Source: Candidatus Hermodarchaeota archaeon
GTDB taxonomy: Archaea > Asgardarchaeota > Hermodarchaeia > Hermodarchaeales > Hermodarchaeaceae
Length of the DNA stretch: 64,000 nt
Direction of reading: 5' to 3'
Assembly: GCA_016839805.1 (NCBI GenBank)
Contig: JAEOTO010000006.1
Location: forward strand, 72,751 to 136,750
In this document: in pieces, positions 47,336 to 57,667 of the stretch
How the letters are laid out: every line of letters starts with the position of its first letter
Position numbering within the stretch: position 1 is the first letter of the stretch
Notes under the pieces: model-generated
Database searches by the model: none
Told to the model about the DNA's origin: nothing
Seen by the model: the letters and a program-made list of their open reading frames with translations, nothing else
Program-made: the position numbers and the translations under genes

Positions 47336-49276
47336 GTGCCAAAAACTGCTACATCAAAAGGTGCCGCGTCAAAACGCCCGAAGAAAGCAGAACAAAAAGA
47401 AGTACAAACAGAAGTAACCTCCATGAAAACCTGGTCTCGGGTAGCGGTTGATGCGAATTTCTTTATTCTGGCTTTTGCTCAGGATCCATCAACACTGCAT
47501 CGGTTTAAAGAGATTGCTGACCGAGTTGCGTTTAAACTCTATACGTCCCATCAAATTCTAAAAGAATTACGTGGGAAATTGCGACGACAAGTGCAGAAGG
47601 TTGTCGAAATCGTTGAAGTTAGTCAGGTGGATTTAGATGCCTACATTAAAAAGGCGCGTGATATAGTCGATCGGATTCCCCAAGCGCCTGATCTATCCTT
47701 GCTTCTGGTTCTCAAGAAATTAAATGAGAATCGGCTAATTAGTTCAGACTTCCAGTTATTACAAACACTCCGCAATTTGGAGCCTGAAATTGAAGGATTA
47801 ATGGGTAGTGCTTTTCTATTACACCTCCTCGAACGTAGCCATGAACACGAAGAGGATACCGCTTTTCTCGAAACACTGCGAGAAAAAGTGTTACACACAG
47901 AGATTAAGTATAGTATCAATCGACGCAGCATGTATGATCCTACAACGCGTATCAAATTAATTGAGAATCAAGCTTTTCAGGTTGTTCGCTCGTTAAGGGG
48001 ACCCCGGATTGCCGAGGAAGACCTTATCGGCATGACTGACCAAGAGGCACTTGGACTCCGGACGTTTCTACAAGAACTTCGCCGTAATTATGCGAGTTAT
48101 GTGAATAAGATTCAAGAACAAAATTATCGAGAGGCTTTAAACGAAATTGATGAGGCTCGAGAAGAATTGTATAACCATTTGGTCCTTCTTTCTTGGGAAC
48201 TTTCAGCCACATCCCATCGAAGACTTATCCGACGGATTACACCGGACCTAGTCCTTCTGAATTACCTAACGGCTCTTTGTTATTTATATCTGGGTGAGAA
48301 AAATAATTTAGAAAAAGCCAAAGAAGCCATAGAGGAATGTAACCGCATTCTATTAAGCGTTCGACCTGATGCTACCAATTATCGCCGTCTTATGATAATG
48401 ACTCACATGCTTCGCATCACGATCAATCTGCTTATAGAAGATTTCGAATCTGCGACGATGTATTTCACTATTTTTGCCCGTAAAACCCAAGAATGGGGAT
48501 TCGCAAACGAACAGGCTACTGCTCAAGCCCTCTATCTTGCCCTTTTAGTAATCCGTGGAGAAATCACATCAACGGAATTTCCATCAATTACAGACCCTGG
48601 AGAAGTGATCCGTTTTCTGATTGACCTATCCTCCATTTATTTTGCACTTCGACGGTTTGAAGAAGCCTGGAAGTTGCTCTATCAAGTACTTCTTATCATC
48701 CAATATTTTGAATTATTTGAAGTGCTTGAACCTGTTCTCCAACGTTTGATACTTGTCTACTATGCCGAGGGAACCCAAAGGAAGGACGAATTTGAAGAAA
48801 TTGTCTCATCGCTACTCCCTTGGCTTCAGGAGCATGACAGTTCATCTTCTCTAGTTGAAGAATTAAAGGCAGAATTAGCAGAAGAGATGGAACCCCCATC
48901 TGGCTATTTCACAGATACAAGTATTCCATCGGAAAAACTTCATCCCGATTTACAGGAATGGTTTTTTGTAATTGACCGAGTTGACTCAGTCTTTCTAGAG
49001 GGCAGTATCCTAATTTGTCGTAGTCGCAAGCTCATGTGGAATATCGCCTTACTGATTCAGGGGGTTCTCCAAGAAGAAAAAGCGAAATGTGGCGAGCAAG
49101 TTCGGTTGGGCGAAGGAAAATTCAAGGTCGTTGATCCTCCACCTAGTCTAAAAGAGCGCTATCGGATTCTAGCTTTGATTCATTCTGATCCCACTGGGAG
49201 TAGCCGAATCTATGTTCAGGGAGGTCAAGGTCTTCGGTTACTTCAGTTAGGAACCCTCTTAGATGACCAAACCTAA
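47336..49276 (+). CDS. PIN-like domain + TPR-like helical protein
   Basis: VAVDANFFI, ILKEL, PDLSLL, LISSDFQL (PIN acidic residues) followed by helical repeats. Confidence 0.7.
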   Translation: MPKTATSKGAASKRPKKAEQKEVQTEVTSMKTWSRVAVDANFFILAFAQDPSTLHRFKEIADRVAFKLYTSHQILKELRGKLRRQVQKVVEIVEVSQVDLDAYIKKARDIVDRIPQAPDLSLLLVLKKLNENRLISSDFQLLQTLRNLEPEIEGLMGSAFLLHLLERSHEHEEDTAFLETLREKVLHTEIKYSINRRSMYDPTTRIKLIENQAFQVVRSLRGPRIAEEDLIGMTDQEALGLRTFLQELRRNYASYVNKIQEQNYREALNEIDEAREELYNHLVLLSWELSATSHRRLIRRITPDLVLLNYLTALCYLYLGEKNNLEKAKEAIEECNRILLSVRPDATNYRRLMIMTHMLRITINLLIEDFESATMYFTIFARKTQEWGFANEQATAQALYLALLVIRGEITSTEFPSITDPGEVIRFLIDLSSIYFALRRFEEAWKLLYQVLLIIQYFELFEVLEPVLQRLILVYYAEGTQRKDEFEEIVSSLLPWLQEHDSSSSLVEELKAELAEEMEPPSGYFTDTSIPSEKLHPDLQEWFFVIDRVDSVFLEGSILICRSRKLMWNIALLIQGVLQEEKAKCGEQVRLGEGKFKVVDPPPSLKERYRILALIHSDPTGSSRIYVQGGQGLRLLQLGTLLDDQT

Positions 49277-50586
49277 TGGCTATCAGTTCAATGGGGATTG
49301 CAGCATTGGTGTTACGTTTACAGTACATAAAATATCAAATTAAAGGAACACACCTGCTGCCTTATTTTCTAACGACTCCCCTTGATCAATCCCTCCCACA
49401 ACGACTAATTGATTATTTCGAATCTCATATCGATAAAATCCGCGATAACATTGATTTCGAAGAACCCTTAACTTGGGCACCAGATAATCGTGTGGTTCGT
49501 GCACTCACTGCAACTTTGTTAAACCGGTTCTATTCATTCTCCTCGCATCAACTCGAAGACTACCTTGATCAAACTCAACTTACCGCATTGAAACGACAAG
49601 GGATTGCTTCATTAGAGGATTTCCGTCTCTGGTTTTGGCAATATGTACAAGATCACCAAGGAGGATTCTTTGCTCGTGAAAATCGACAAAAAACCTTCAG
49701 CGATGTCAGTGAAAATCTTGGATTATCCCCCAAATCTATTGAATCACTGCTTACTGCACACCGCGAAGAACAAATGCTTTTACAACGGAAAAACTCTCCA
49801 CCATCCGCTGAACAATTAATCGCCGCCTATAATTATGAGGTGTTCGAAACCTTTCTTTATCATTGCGACTCGGTGAATCTTACTGTCAGCGGAACTAGTT
49901 TGGGGACAACAGCTCGATCCCTTCTTAAATATACAAAGCGCTATGGGGTCTTAGTCGAACTAGAATCCGACAACGGTACTATCCGCGCAACTCTTGCAGG
50001 TCCCCAGGTATTTTTTGGTCGTGCAACATCTTTTGGATGGAATATTGCCCAAGTCATAACTCATTTGTTGCAAGAAGCCCCAAGCCTAAAAATTCGTGTC
50101 GAGAAGGTTTCTATTGATGTGATTCTTCGAGATCATCATTATATTGTGCAATTGGACTCAAAATCGATACCCGTGCTACTCCCACGAGGACAGATTCGCG
50201 AAGATATGGCGTTCCTTGATTCTAAAGTGGAGAAACAATTCTATTGGAGTTGGCACAACAACAAATTTCGTGGCTGGGATATCATTCGTGAGCCTGAGGC
50301 ATTCATTTTTGGTTCTTATTTGATTATTCCAGATTTTGCTCTAGTGAAAGGAGAACACCGAGTTCTTGTTGAAATCATCGGCTATTGGCGCGAAGAATAT
50401 ACACAAAAGAAACGTGTTCAGTTAGAACTATTGAAGCAGCACGGTTTGAAACACATGATACTCCTTGTTGATACTAAACATCGCAAATACTTCACAAAGT
50501 CAATTTATCCTGTGGTCTTCTACCGAATAAGAAGTAAACGGTATGAGATTCCATATGGAAAAATCTTGAACGCCCTTCCAGACTAA
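49276..50586 (+). CDS. DUF790 / Bax1-like endonuclease
   Basis: LIAAYN, FLDSKVEKQFY, WDIIREPE, IPDF, VEIIGYW.EEY..KK. Confidence 0.88.
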   Translation: MAISSMGIAALVLRLQYIKYQIKGTHLLPYFLTTPLDQSLPQRLIDYFESHIDKIRDNIDFEEPLTWAPDNRVVRALTATLLNRFYSFSSHQLEDYLDQTQLTALKRQGIASLEDFRLWFWQYVQDHQGGFFARENRQKTFSDVSENLGLSPKSIESLLTAHREEQMLLQRKNSPPSAEQLIAAYNYEVFETFLYHCDSVNLTVSGTSLGTTARSLLKYTKRYGVLVELESDNGTIRATLAGPQVFFGRATSFGWNIAQVITHLLQEAPSLKIRVEKVSIDVILRDHHYIVQLDSKSIPVLLPRGQIREDMAFLDSKVEKQFYWSWHNNKFRGWDIIREPEAFIFGSYLIIPDFALVKGEHRVLVEIIGYWREEYTQKKRVQLELLKQHGLKHMILLVDTKHRKYFTKSIYPVVFYRIRSKRYEIPYGKILNALPD

Positions 50587-50774
50587 ACTCATAAAGCATT
50601 TTAAACGGATGGTTTAAATACATGAACCCGGAACGATTGCTCCAGTCAAACATTGATGGGCTGATGCCTTGGAATTTCCTCACTCCTAACCAATCATTGC
50701 TCGTTCTTAATCCCTACTTATTTAGCTTCCTCAGCCCCTCAAGGTATTCATTCTCTTCTTAGGATGGAGGTCAT

Positions 50775-52316
50775 ATGAAGTACAGATTATCAAAAAAAGC
50801 TCGGCAAATTCTTTCCCATCTTAAAACTACAAAAACCCCCCTTTCTTCTTCATCAATTGCAAAATCTCTGGCTTTACCAGATGAAACGGTCCGGAGTCTC
50901 TTGGAAAGTCTTCGTCAGCAGAAACTCATTGAAGACTACGAAACAACGCAAACCGAATATTATCAATTGACAACTGAGGGGAAGCAATTTGCTACTAAGG
51001 GACTACCAGAGATACGGTTAGTAAAAATATTGACCAAACAAGGGGGAGAAGGTTCTGTTATTTCTGTGGCAAATGATAAGACTCTCGAACTTTCTGAACA
51101 ACAACTAGCCTTAGGTTGGGCGCGCCGAAACGGGTGGATTACTGTTTCGAAACGCGATGGTCAAACATGGATGAAATTGAAAGCGAATGCAGTGAAAGCC
51201 GTTAAACAGCACCTCCTTCAGCGAGCCTTAAATGTCGCTTCCAAGTCTGGAAGACTTCAACAAGAGAATATGAGTATAGATGTGAAAGAATGGACAGCGA
51301 TTCAACGCGATCTTATTAAACGGAGTCTAGCAGAACTTGTCACACATCAAAGTGTTTCTGTAATTATCACCTCCGAAGGAAACCAGGCACTTGAAACATC
51401 ACTGGCCCAAAAAGACTCAATTCAGGATTTATCTCCCGAAATAATCAAATCTGAAGCCTGGAAGGATCAAACTTTTTTGCCATATAATCTCGCTGCCCCA
51501 ACTTCTCGACTTTTTCCAGGGAAAAAACATCCTTATATTGAGTTTATCGATCGCGTGAAACGAATTCTTCTTGGCTTAGGGTTCCAAGAAGCTAAAGGAC
51601 CTCTCGTTGAGGTGGAATTCTGGAACAGCGATGCTCTCTTTATGCCCCAAGACCATGTAGCTCGGGAAGTCCACGATCTCTATCATATTAAAAATCCCAA
51701 GGGACCTGGCAAAATAATTGATCAGTCAGCCTTAGAACATGTAGCTAAGACGCATGAAAATGGCTGGAAGACGGGATCAACTGGATGGCGTTATACCTAT
51801 AGCTTCGACATTGCTCAACAACTTGTTTTACGTAGCCAAACTACTGCGGTTTCTGTTCGTTTTCTATCCAAACATAAGCAAGCTCCATTACGTATGTTCA
51901 GTATTGACCGGAATTTCCGTCCAGAAAAATTTGATGCAACTCACTCTGCTGAATTTCTTCAATGTGAAGGAATTATTGGAGGTGAAGGTCTTACCCTCCG
52001 GGATCTTATGGGTTACCTTCGGGCAATTGCAGAAGGTGTAGGTATTGAACAACTTAAATTCAAACCCGGATTCTTCCCTTTCACCGAACCATCCATTGAA
52101 GGATTCATTTACATACCGGGACTTGGCTGGAAAGAAGCACTTCCAGGGGGAATATTTCGTCCAGAAGTCACTCTTCCTTTTGGTATCGACTTTCCTATTC
52201 TAGCTTGGGGAATCGGTATTGATCGGTTAGCCATGGCGGCATTGGGAATAAATGATATTCGTGAACTGGCTACCCGAAATCTTGGTTGGCTTAGAAAAGT
52301 CTCGATGAGATTCTAA
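50775..52316 (+). CDS. pheS: phenylalanine--tRNA ligase alpha subunit (archaeal type)
   Basis: GLPE, FWNSDALFMPQDHVARE, FRPEKFDATHSAEF, FPFTEPS, AWGIGIDR. Confidence 0.96.
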   Translation: MKYRLSKKARQILSHLKTTKTPLSSSSIAKSLALPDETVRSLLESLRQQKLIEDYETTQTEYYQLTTEGKQFATKGLPEIRLVKILTKQGGEGSVISVANDKTLELSEQQLALGWARRNGWITVSKRDGQTWMKLKANAVKAVKQHLLQRALNVASKSGRLQQENMSIDVKEWTAIQRDLIKRSLAELVTHQSVSVIITSEGNQALETSLAQKDSIQDLSPEIIKSEAWKDQTFLPYNLAAPTSRLFPGKKHPYIEFIDRVKRILLGLGFQEAKGPLVEVEFWNSDALFMPQDHVAREVHDLYHIKNPKGPGKIIDQSALEHVAKTHENGWKTGSTGWRYTYSFDIAQQLVLRSQTTAVSVRFLSKHKQAPLRMFSIDRNFRPEKFDATHSAEFLQCEGIIGGEGLTLRDLMGYLRAIAEGVGIEQLKFKPGFFPFTEPSIEGFIYIPGLGWKEALPGGIFRPEVTLPFGIDFPILAWGIGIDRLAMAALGINDIRELATRNLGWLRKVSMRF

Positions 52317-52329
52317 AGAGGTGAACGTG

Positions 52330-54018
52330 ATGAATGTAGAAGTTAGGATATCAGATCTTCTGGCACTGATCGGAAAGAACCTGTCCCTTGAAGAACTAGA
52401 AGAACACCTCTTCTTACTCAAATGTGAAATTGACAGTCAAATTAATGACGTTGTTATTATCGAAGTAAATCCTGACCGTGTTGACATGCTTTCAACCGAG
52501 GGTATTGCACGGGGACTACGTGGCTTCTTAGAAATTGAAACAGGGGCGCCTTCCTATGTGGTTCGAAAATCTGATTGGCAAGCTATTGTAGATCCATCTG
52601 TAGCACAGGTTCGTCCTTACTTAGCTTGTGGAATCATCCGCGACCTTCAATTAGATGATGACCTAATTGCCGAATTCATGCAACTTCAAGAACGCCTTAC
52701 AGGTACCTTTGGTCGGAATCGAAAGCGAACCAGTATTGGACTTTATGTCTTAGACCTCATTACGCCTCCGATTCATTATCGAACCGAACCTCCAGATGTG
52801 ATCAAGTTTGTTCCGCTTGAATTTCAGACTCCACTAACAGCTAAACAGATTCTCCGTCAACATCCCAAGGGGCAAGAATTTGGGAAAATAATCAAAGATT
52901 TTCCACAATATCCCCTCCTCGTTGATGCAGAGAACCAAGTGCTAAGTTTACCGCCAGTAATTAACAGCAACGATTTGGGTCGACTAGTTGAAACCACAAA
53001 AGACATCTTTGTCGAAGTCACTGGAACTCACAAGTTAACTACAATTCAAACTTTGAACATAATGATCACGGCCCTAGCTGAACGAGGGGGTATTCTTGAG
53101 GATGTTGAGGTGGTGTATCCTAAAGAACGTGAACGGCTTCCGGACCTTTCCTCGACGCATCGCGAACTTTCAATACAGAATATTAACCAGATTATCGGTT
53201 ACGATTTTGATGGAACTACCATCGAGAAAGCGTTAGGACGGATGCGAATAAGTTCCTCGGTTCACGAAGGTGTTGTGAATGTCGAAATTCCTGCATACCG
53301 TGTGGATATCCTTCATGATGTCGATATCGTTGAGGATGTCGCTATCGGTTTTGGATATGACCGTATTGAGGCGACAATTCCCCAGTTGATGACAATTGGA
53401 CATGAGCTTCCAATAACGACTATGTTACGGACTTTTCGTGATTTGATGGTGGGTTTAGGCTATCAAGAAATCCATAATTACATCTTGACGAATACTCGTG
53501 TACTCTTTGAGAAGATGAATCGTTCCAGAAAGGCCGTCGTCGAAATCGCTAATCCCAAATCAATGGAGTACCATATAATGCGAAATAGCCTTCTCCCTGG
53601 ATTATTAGCGTTCCTCGGAGAAAATACTGCTGAAGAGCTACCCCATCACATCTTCGAATTAGGCGATGTAGTTACAGTTGATCTGAACGCTGAGACTTGC
53701 ACTAATACGGTTCCGTATATAGCTGCAGCAACAGTGAATTCTCGAGTTGATATTACATCACTGAAAGCTGAACTTATGACGCTTCTAGGAAACCTTGGAC
53801 TATCTGCCAAAGTGAAAAAAGCCTCTAATGTTTCCTTTATCAAAGGACGTGTAGCGAATTTATTCATAGAGGGCCAGCGACTAGGAGTAATTGGCGAAAT
53901 CCACCCGGCAGTATTGCAGAATTATGGAATAGAAGCACCATGTGTCGCCTTTGAATTCGAAATTCTTGCGGAATGGGTTCCAATAATGAATCGTGGGAGT
54001 TCCCGCCAAAAAGATTAA
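52330..54018 (+). CDS. pheT: phenylalanine--tRNA ligase beta subunit
   Basis: PDRVDMLSTEGIAR, LSLPPVINS, YRVDILHDVDIVEDVAIGFG, GEIHP. Confidence 0.96.
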   Translation: MNVEVRISDLLALIGKNLSLEELEEHLFLLKCEIDSQINDVVIIEVNPDRVDMLSTEGIARGLRGFLEIETGAPSYVVRKSDWQAIVDPSVAQVRPYLACGIIRDLQLDDDLIAEFMQLQERLTGTFGRNRKRTSIGLYVLDLITPPIHYRTEPPDVIKFVPLEFQTPLTAKQILRQHPKGQEFGKIIKDFPQYPLLVDAENQVLSLPPVINSNDLGRLVETTKDIFVEVTGTHKLTTIQTLNIMITALAERGGILEDVEVVYPKERERLPDLSSTHRELSIQNINQIIGYDFDGTTIEKALGRMRISSSVHEGVVNVEIPAYRVDILHDVDIVEDVAIGFGYDRIEATIPQLMTIGHELPITTMLRTFRDLMVGLGYQEIHNYILTNTRVLFEKMNRSRKAVVEIANPKSMEYHIMRNSLLPGLLAFLGENTAEELPHHIFELGDVVTVDLNAETCTNTVPYIAAATVNSRVDITSLKAELMTLLGNLGLSAKVKKASNVSFIKGRVANLFIEGQRLGVIGEIHPAVLQNYGIEAPCVAFEFEILAEWVPIMNRGSSRQKD

Positions 54019-54083
54019 TTTGCTAGACAACTAGAGTAGTCGCTACATGTACGGACACCTTTAGCAATTCGGTTAAGGGTTTC

Positions 54084-54947
54084 ATGTACAAATCTCTCAC
54101 ACCAACGTGGTGTAAAACCTTGGCAAAGCACTCTAATCTACTTTCACGGCTTCTCCAATTAACTGCCCTCATCTTCTTCATCTATGCCCTCTACCGACTT
54201 TATCGGTACTTTACCAACTGGCTAATACCTCCTGAATACATGATTTATGCCATTTTTGCCGCGATTGTCATGGGCGTTGGCATCCTTATCTTCGATGATG
54301 TGTTCAAACCCGGAAAAGATTTCGTTGGCTGGGCATTTCTCATGGGCGTTGGCATTCTCTCACTTCTAACAGGAATCATTTTCATCTTTTTACCCTACTT
54401 CCCGCTTGATCCTCCAAATATATTCACAGGTCCTTTTTGGACGCGCGCCATCTTCTTCATAGTTATGGGACTAGTCATTATTATCGAATCACTTCTTATC
54501 CGTAGAGACGTTGTACCTGGCGAACATGGTGTGAATTCCGACACAATCGGTCCCCTTCTCCTCAAATTCATTGCTATCTTCACGCTTGCCTGGGGCAGTT
54601 ATCAAATGGCCTGGGTTCTTGTTCCCTTCCTTCGCAATGTAACAATCGTCTCAATGTTACCACTTTTCTTCTCAGCACTAGGAAATGTCATGGTCGGCTT
54701 GATACTTCTCATCTATGTTGAAACCCAAAAACGGCAGCCCCTCTTCCGCTTCAGACGACTCCCGCTCTTTCTTAGTTTTCTACTAGTACTGATGATTCTC
54801 CCACTTACTACATTTTACATCTCGATTTACTTTGTTAATCCAACGCTCTTCGATATCCTGATGAATGCTATTGTAGGGTTAGCACTTGGTCTCACCCTCT
54901 TAGCCATATCATTTTACATTGTATACCATCCGACCAAAGCACGCTAG
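54084..54947 (+). CDS. multi-pass membrane protein
   Basis: About 8 hydrophobic segments; start may be TTG 54120. Confidence 0.75.
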   Translation: MYKSLTPTWCKTLAKHSNLLSRLLQLTALIFFIYALYRLYRYFTNWLIPPEYMIYAIFAAIVMGVGILIFDDVFKPGKDFVGWAFLMGVGILSLLTGIIFIFLPYFPLDPPNIFTGPFWTRAIFFIVMGLVIIIESLLIRRDVVPGEHGVNSDTIGPLLLKFIAIFTLAWGSYQMAWVLVPFLRNVTIVSMLPLFFSALGNVMVGLILLIYVETQKRQPLFRFRRLPLFLSFLLVLMILPLTTFYISIYFVNPTLFDILMNAIVGLALGLTLLAISFYIVYHPTKAR

Positions 54948-54966
54948 CTTTGGTCCTTTCCATTCT

Positions 54967-55506
54967 TTATAACCCAAAGCGCGTACAGATCTGTTCGTAT
55001 ACGCGAGTCCGATTTTCAGGAGTAAGAATCAATATTGTGACATCATCACGATTTTTCACGAAGGTTACAAACGGTCCTTTCAGCTTCATTCCAAGTGTTC
55101 CCAAGACAGGTTTAGGTGAATCCAACGCATCAATCACACTTCGCGAGAATTCTGGGACTGCTAATTCCATCTTCCCAATTTCATCAATCACTACCAAATC
55201 AACTGAACGGATAGCTTGATCGATAGCGGTGACTCCAATATCTTGAACCGCCTGCAAATTCACACCATAGCGACCGACCTTCACGGGACTGGAAAAATCA
55301 ACTGCGGCCATCGTCTGTTCTGCCCCTGAAGACACGTCACGAATAAGAAAACCTCTCCTACGACCTGTATCAAATCGGAAGTCTGGTGTACTAATTCCGC
55401 CAACACTTACGCCTTTTTGTCGCGCCTCTTCAATGAAACGATTCACTAGAGTACTCTTACCACAGCCAGGTCGACCTGTAACCAGCACATTAGCCTTGTG
55501 TACCAC
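54967..55506 (-). CDS. nucleoside triphosphatase THEP1 family
   Basis: VTGRPGCGKST, VGRYGV, VVIDEIGKME. Confidence 0.92.
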   Translation of the reverse strand: MVHKANVLVTGRPGCGKSTLVNRFIEEARQKGVSVGGISTPDFRFDTGRRRGFLIRDVSSGAEQTMAAVDFSSPVKVGRYGVNLQAVQDIGVTAIDQAIRSVDLVVIDEIGKMELAVPEFSRSVIDALDSPKPVLGTLGMKLKGPFVTFVKNRDDVTILILTPENRTRVYEQICTRFGL

Positions 55507-56006
55507 TAGTTTTCACCCTGAAAGACGCCCTTATATGAGTCAGTTTCTTGCAACAAACGAAAAAACACGAGATGAAGTAATCGGGCATTTGGTTTAATCA
55601 CAAAGCCATACGGGTTATAAACAGTTAATAATCCACGTGATCGTCCTTCATAACCCGCATCCCAAACAGCTGATTCAATTGTAGCACCGGATCGGAGAAT
55701 AGATGATCTTGGACGGCCAATTGCTATCAGATCTGTGGGAATCCGAAGAGTTTCATTATAGGTTACAATGTATGAACCAGCTTCCAGTTCATACTGCCCG
55801 TTTATTAGAGATAACTCCTCGTACTCTGGAATATAGCGTTCTGTATTAGAGAAGTCAACCGTTCCTGCATCCTTGAAGGTGTACACTTTATGGAGGGTTA
55901 ATTCAACACCATTAGGAGATATTTGCACAGTGGGATCCACCATGTTAGTAACCAATTGGTGCTGAGATATTAACTCAAGAATTGTTTGGCGATCAATGAC
56001 AACCAT
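55506..56006 (-). CDS. dut: archaeal trimeric dUTPase
   Basis: QISPNGVELT, RPRSSILRSG, AVWDAGYEGR, YKGVFQGEN. Confidence 0.88.
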   Translation of the reverse strand: MVVIDRQTILELISQHQLVTNMVDPTVQISPNGVELTLHKVYTFKDAGTVDFSNTERYIPEYEELSLINGQYELEAGSYIVTYNETLRIPTDLIAIGRPRSSILRSGATIESAVWDAGYEGRSRGLLTVYNPYGFVIKPNARLLHLVFFRLLQETDSYKGVFQGEN

Positions 56007-56136
56007 AACCGATACTTTCCTATTACTCGGATGATGGTGATTATCCTTAAAGATGTCTGGTTAAAATCGGTAAAGTATAAAGCAGGATAACAGCACAGAA
56101 AGCACACGCGTTGATCAGTTTTTAGTATGAAGTGAT

Positions 56137-56832
56137 TTGATGGGGGAACCAATTCAATCTGCAAAACAGCCTGAAACGCAATCTATAATCTGCTGCCCTG
56201 TTTGTGGTGAACATCTCCCTGAATCTCCCCGAGAACCTACTGATACCTGCCCAGCCTGTGAATTCGACCTCCGCCTCATCCATTTACCCTCCCAAAGGGA
56301 TATTCCCCCAACAAGTCCAGCATACATCCCTATATTCAGCCTAGTGATATTAGGTCTTCAAACCGTTTTGGGAGGATTATTTGGTGTTCTCTTTCTCTTC
56401 TTTGCAAGCTCTCTCTACGGAATCGCACCCTTTCTGATTGCGGCAATCAATTTGATTTCTATTCCTGTTATTATTGGTTTTATTTTTGTTCTTCGAACTC
56501 AGAAGGCGATTGGCATGGTGAGGATCGCGTTGGTGGTCTTTGGTATTGTGTCACTCCCTTTTGGTGTCTGTGCCATCGCTGCCGCGTTTGGAATTGCTCC
56601 AATTCAACGGTGGTGTAACGTATGTGGCAAAAAAATCGGTTGGTCTGCATACCTTGAATGTCAACAATGTCAGACATCATATCATCGCTGGGGTAAATGC
56701 AGAGGCAAGCGCCTCCAACTAGTTGCTGCTTCACTTGACCCCGAATCATTCACAGAACAACCAGAATACGCTTGTCCCAACTGTTTACAGCCAATGAACC
56801 AACATGATGAAAGAGGAAAAGTCGATGAGTGA
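56137..56832 (+). CDS. zinc-ribbon / 3-TM / C4HC3-like finger membrane protein
   Basis: CPVC..CPAC, three TM helices, CNVC-x11-CQQC-x4-H-x4-C-x24-CPNC. Confidence 0.72.
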   Translation: MMGEPIQSAKQPETQSIICCPVCGEHLPESPREPTDTCPACEFDLRLIHLPSQRDIPPTSPAYIPIFSLVILGLQTVLGGLFGVLFLFFASSLYGIAPFLIAAINLISIPVIIGFIFVLRTQKAIGMVRIALVVFGIVSLPFGVCAIAAAFGIAPIQRWCNVCGKKIGWSAYLECQQCQTSYHRWGKCRGKRLQLVAASLDPESFTEQPEYACPNCLQPMNQHDERGKVDE

Positions 56833-57655
56833 ACGGCAGTATTCTACTCGGTTTTGCCCCTATTGTTGTACAGAAATCTCGGCTCCTACAAGATACTGTG
56901 AGACATGTGGAGCAGAAATCAACTGGTCAATCAGCGACTTCCAAACACCGCCCTATCCTTGGTCCCCTAAATCTACCTACATCGTTACTGTCCTCACCTA
57001 TTCAATCTTTGTTCTCATCTTGATACCAATTATGGTATACTATCTTGTATTCTTTGGCATTCCTATACTTTTTCTGGGAAATATCCTCTTGACGGATCCC
57101 CTCTTCTTTACTTTGCTTCTCCTGAGTGAACTAATCTTCATCTTGATTCCATTAGCGTATGTTACTCGACTGAAAGTGGGACAAGACAAAGTGGGTGTAA
57201 AAACCGGAGGCCCTGTGACATTAACAAAGGATATCCTTTTGGGTCTAGCTGTGGGAATGGCTATGGTCCCATTTGTATTCCTTCTTGCCTTGTATGAGTT
57301 CCTTGGTTCAGGAGGTGGAATACCTAGCCCTCTTCCTGGACCTGATGAAATTTTTTGGTTAGTAATTACGTTCATTGGAATTATCCTAATCGTAGCTCCT
57401 GCTGAGGAGTACTTCTTTCGTGGGTTTATTCAAAACTCCCTAGACGCACATTATGGGAATATCGGAGGGCTTCTAGTAACGTCCATAATTTTTGGGATAA
57501 TTCATGCAAATCCGTTCATTGGAATTATTCAGACAATGCTCGGGTTAATTTTAGGTTTGCTTTTTCAAAGGCGTGGACGCCGACTGGCAGGTCCCATTGC
57601 AGCACACGCCATTTATAATGTTTTAGTAATTTTCGTTCAAACTTTCTTTTTCTAA
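56825..57655 (+). CDS. zinc-ribbon + CPBP (Rce1/Abi, type II CAAX) intramembrane protease
   Basis: CPYC..YCETCG; AEEYFFRG, FGIIH, AHAIYN. Confidence 0.9.
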   Translation: MSERQYSTRFCPYCCTEISAPTRYCETCGAEINWSISDFQTPPYPWSPKSTYIVTVLTYSIFVLILIPIMVYYLVFFGIPILFLGNILLTDPLFFTLLLLSELIFILIPLAYVTRLKVGQDKVGVKTGGPVTLTKDILLGLAVGMAMVPFVFLLALYEFLGSGGGIPSPLPGPDEIFWLVITFIGIILIVAPAEEYFFRGFIQNSLDAHYGNIGGLLVTSIIFGIIHANPFIGIIQTMLGLILGLLFQRRGRRLAGPIAAHAIYNVLVIFVQTFFF

Positions 57656-57667
57656 GTTAAATTTGTG

